In this document: positions 63,803 to 64,000 of the stretch, in pieces
Position numbering within the stretch: the stretch's first letter is position 1
Layout of the letters: the number at the start of each line of letters is the position of its first letter
From: Spirochaetia bacterium
Lineage (GTDB): Bacteria; Spirochaetota; Spirochaetia; SZUA-6; Bin103
Assembly (NCBI GenBank): GCA_965203515.1
Contig: OZ241907.1
Coordinates: forward strand, 3,136,001 to 3,200,000
DNA: 64,000 nucleotides
Reading direction: 5' to 3'
Notes under the pieces: model-generated
Databases searched by the model: none
Told to the model about the DNA's origin: nothing
Seen by the model: only the letters and a program-made list of their open reading frames with translations
Program-made: the position numbers and the translations under genes

Positions 63803-64000
63803 TCATAACCGGCCGTCGCTGGAGACCGACGCCGAGTGCGACCGGGTCCGTCGGGAACCTCGCCGCGACACCGCCAGGCCGGCGACGATCAGGGCCAGGG
63901 CGGCCGGCGCGCTGGCATGGATGCGCTCGCCGAGCACCGCGGCGATCATGATCAGCGACAGGAACGGCGACAGGAAGATGAGCGTTCCCAGGCGGCCGGC
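63803..64000 (-). CDS. DMT/EamA family transporter, C-terminal end (starts beyond the window)
   Basis: Manual translation AGRLGTLIFLSPFLSLIMIAAVLGERIHASAPAALALIVAGL...*. Confidence 0.75.
   Translation of the reverse strand, partial: AGRLGTLIFLSPFLSLIMIAAVLGERIHASAPAALALIVAGLAVSRRGSRRTRSHSASVSSDGRL

Overview
The window is the replication-origin region of a very GC-rich bacterium, most likely a member of Spirochaetota. Evidence for that: the GyrB PLWGKMLN motif, an L34 with a C-terminal SDERKPY extension, co-directional dnaA-dnaN-recF-dciA-rpmH-rnpA-yidD-yidC-jag, tRNA-Arg(GCG) and a type-2 IleRS. Left part: gatCAB, a GH63-like gene, and a minus-strand run of tRNA-Ser/Ser/Arg/Ser/Ser-ffs-dnaX-ebfC-recR-TPR gene. 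Then gyrBA, two parS sites flanking an ISL3 element with gene debris, parAB, and a bipartite oriC around dnaA with DnaA boxes and DnaA-trios. A 3xFN3 surface protein is inserted in the origin cluster. Middle: traB-like, radA, rdgB and an uncharacterised sigma70-like gene behind a near-consensus sigma54 promoter, then a DHH phosphoesterase with a 21-bp VNTR, an M24 peptidase, argF, tRNA-Leu, a lipoprotein, ileS, an orphan sugar-ABC remnant and mutM. Right part: a phosphate/polyphosphate locus (PHO-box-like repeats, pstSCAB, a two-repeat lipoprotein, phoU, ppk1, ROK kinase, ppx). It is interrupted by decaying defence-type genes (deleted/frameshifted DNA methyltransferase, Uma2, RloA plus frameshifted RloB). 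The window ends in a heterodimeric ABC exporter cluster that runs off the edge. Best candidates for undescribed biology are the putative sigma54 -> sigma70-like -> rdgB-radA cascade and the repeat lipoprotein inside the pst operon. All family assignments come from motif recognition by eye; no database searches were run.
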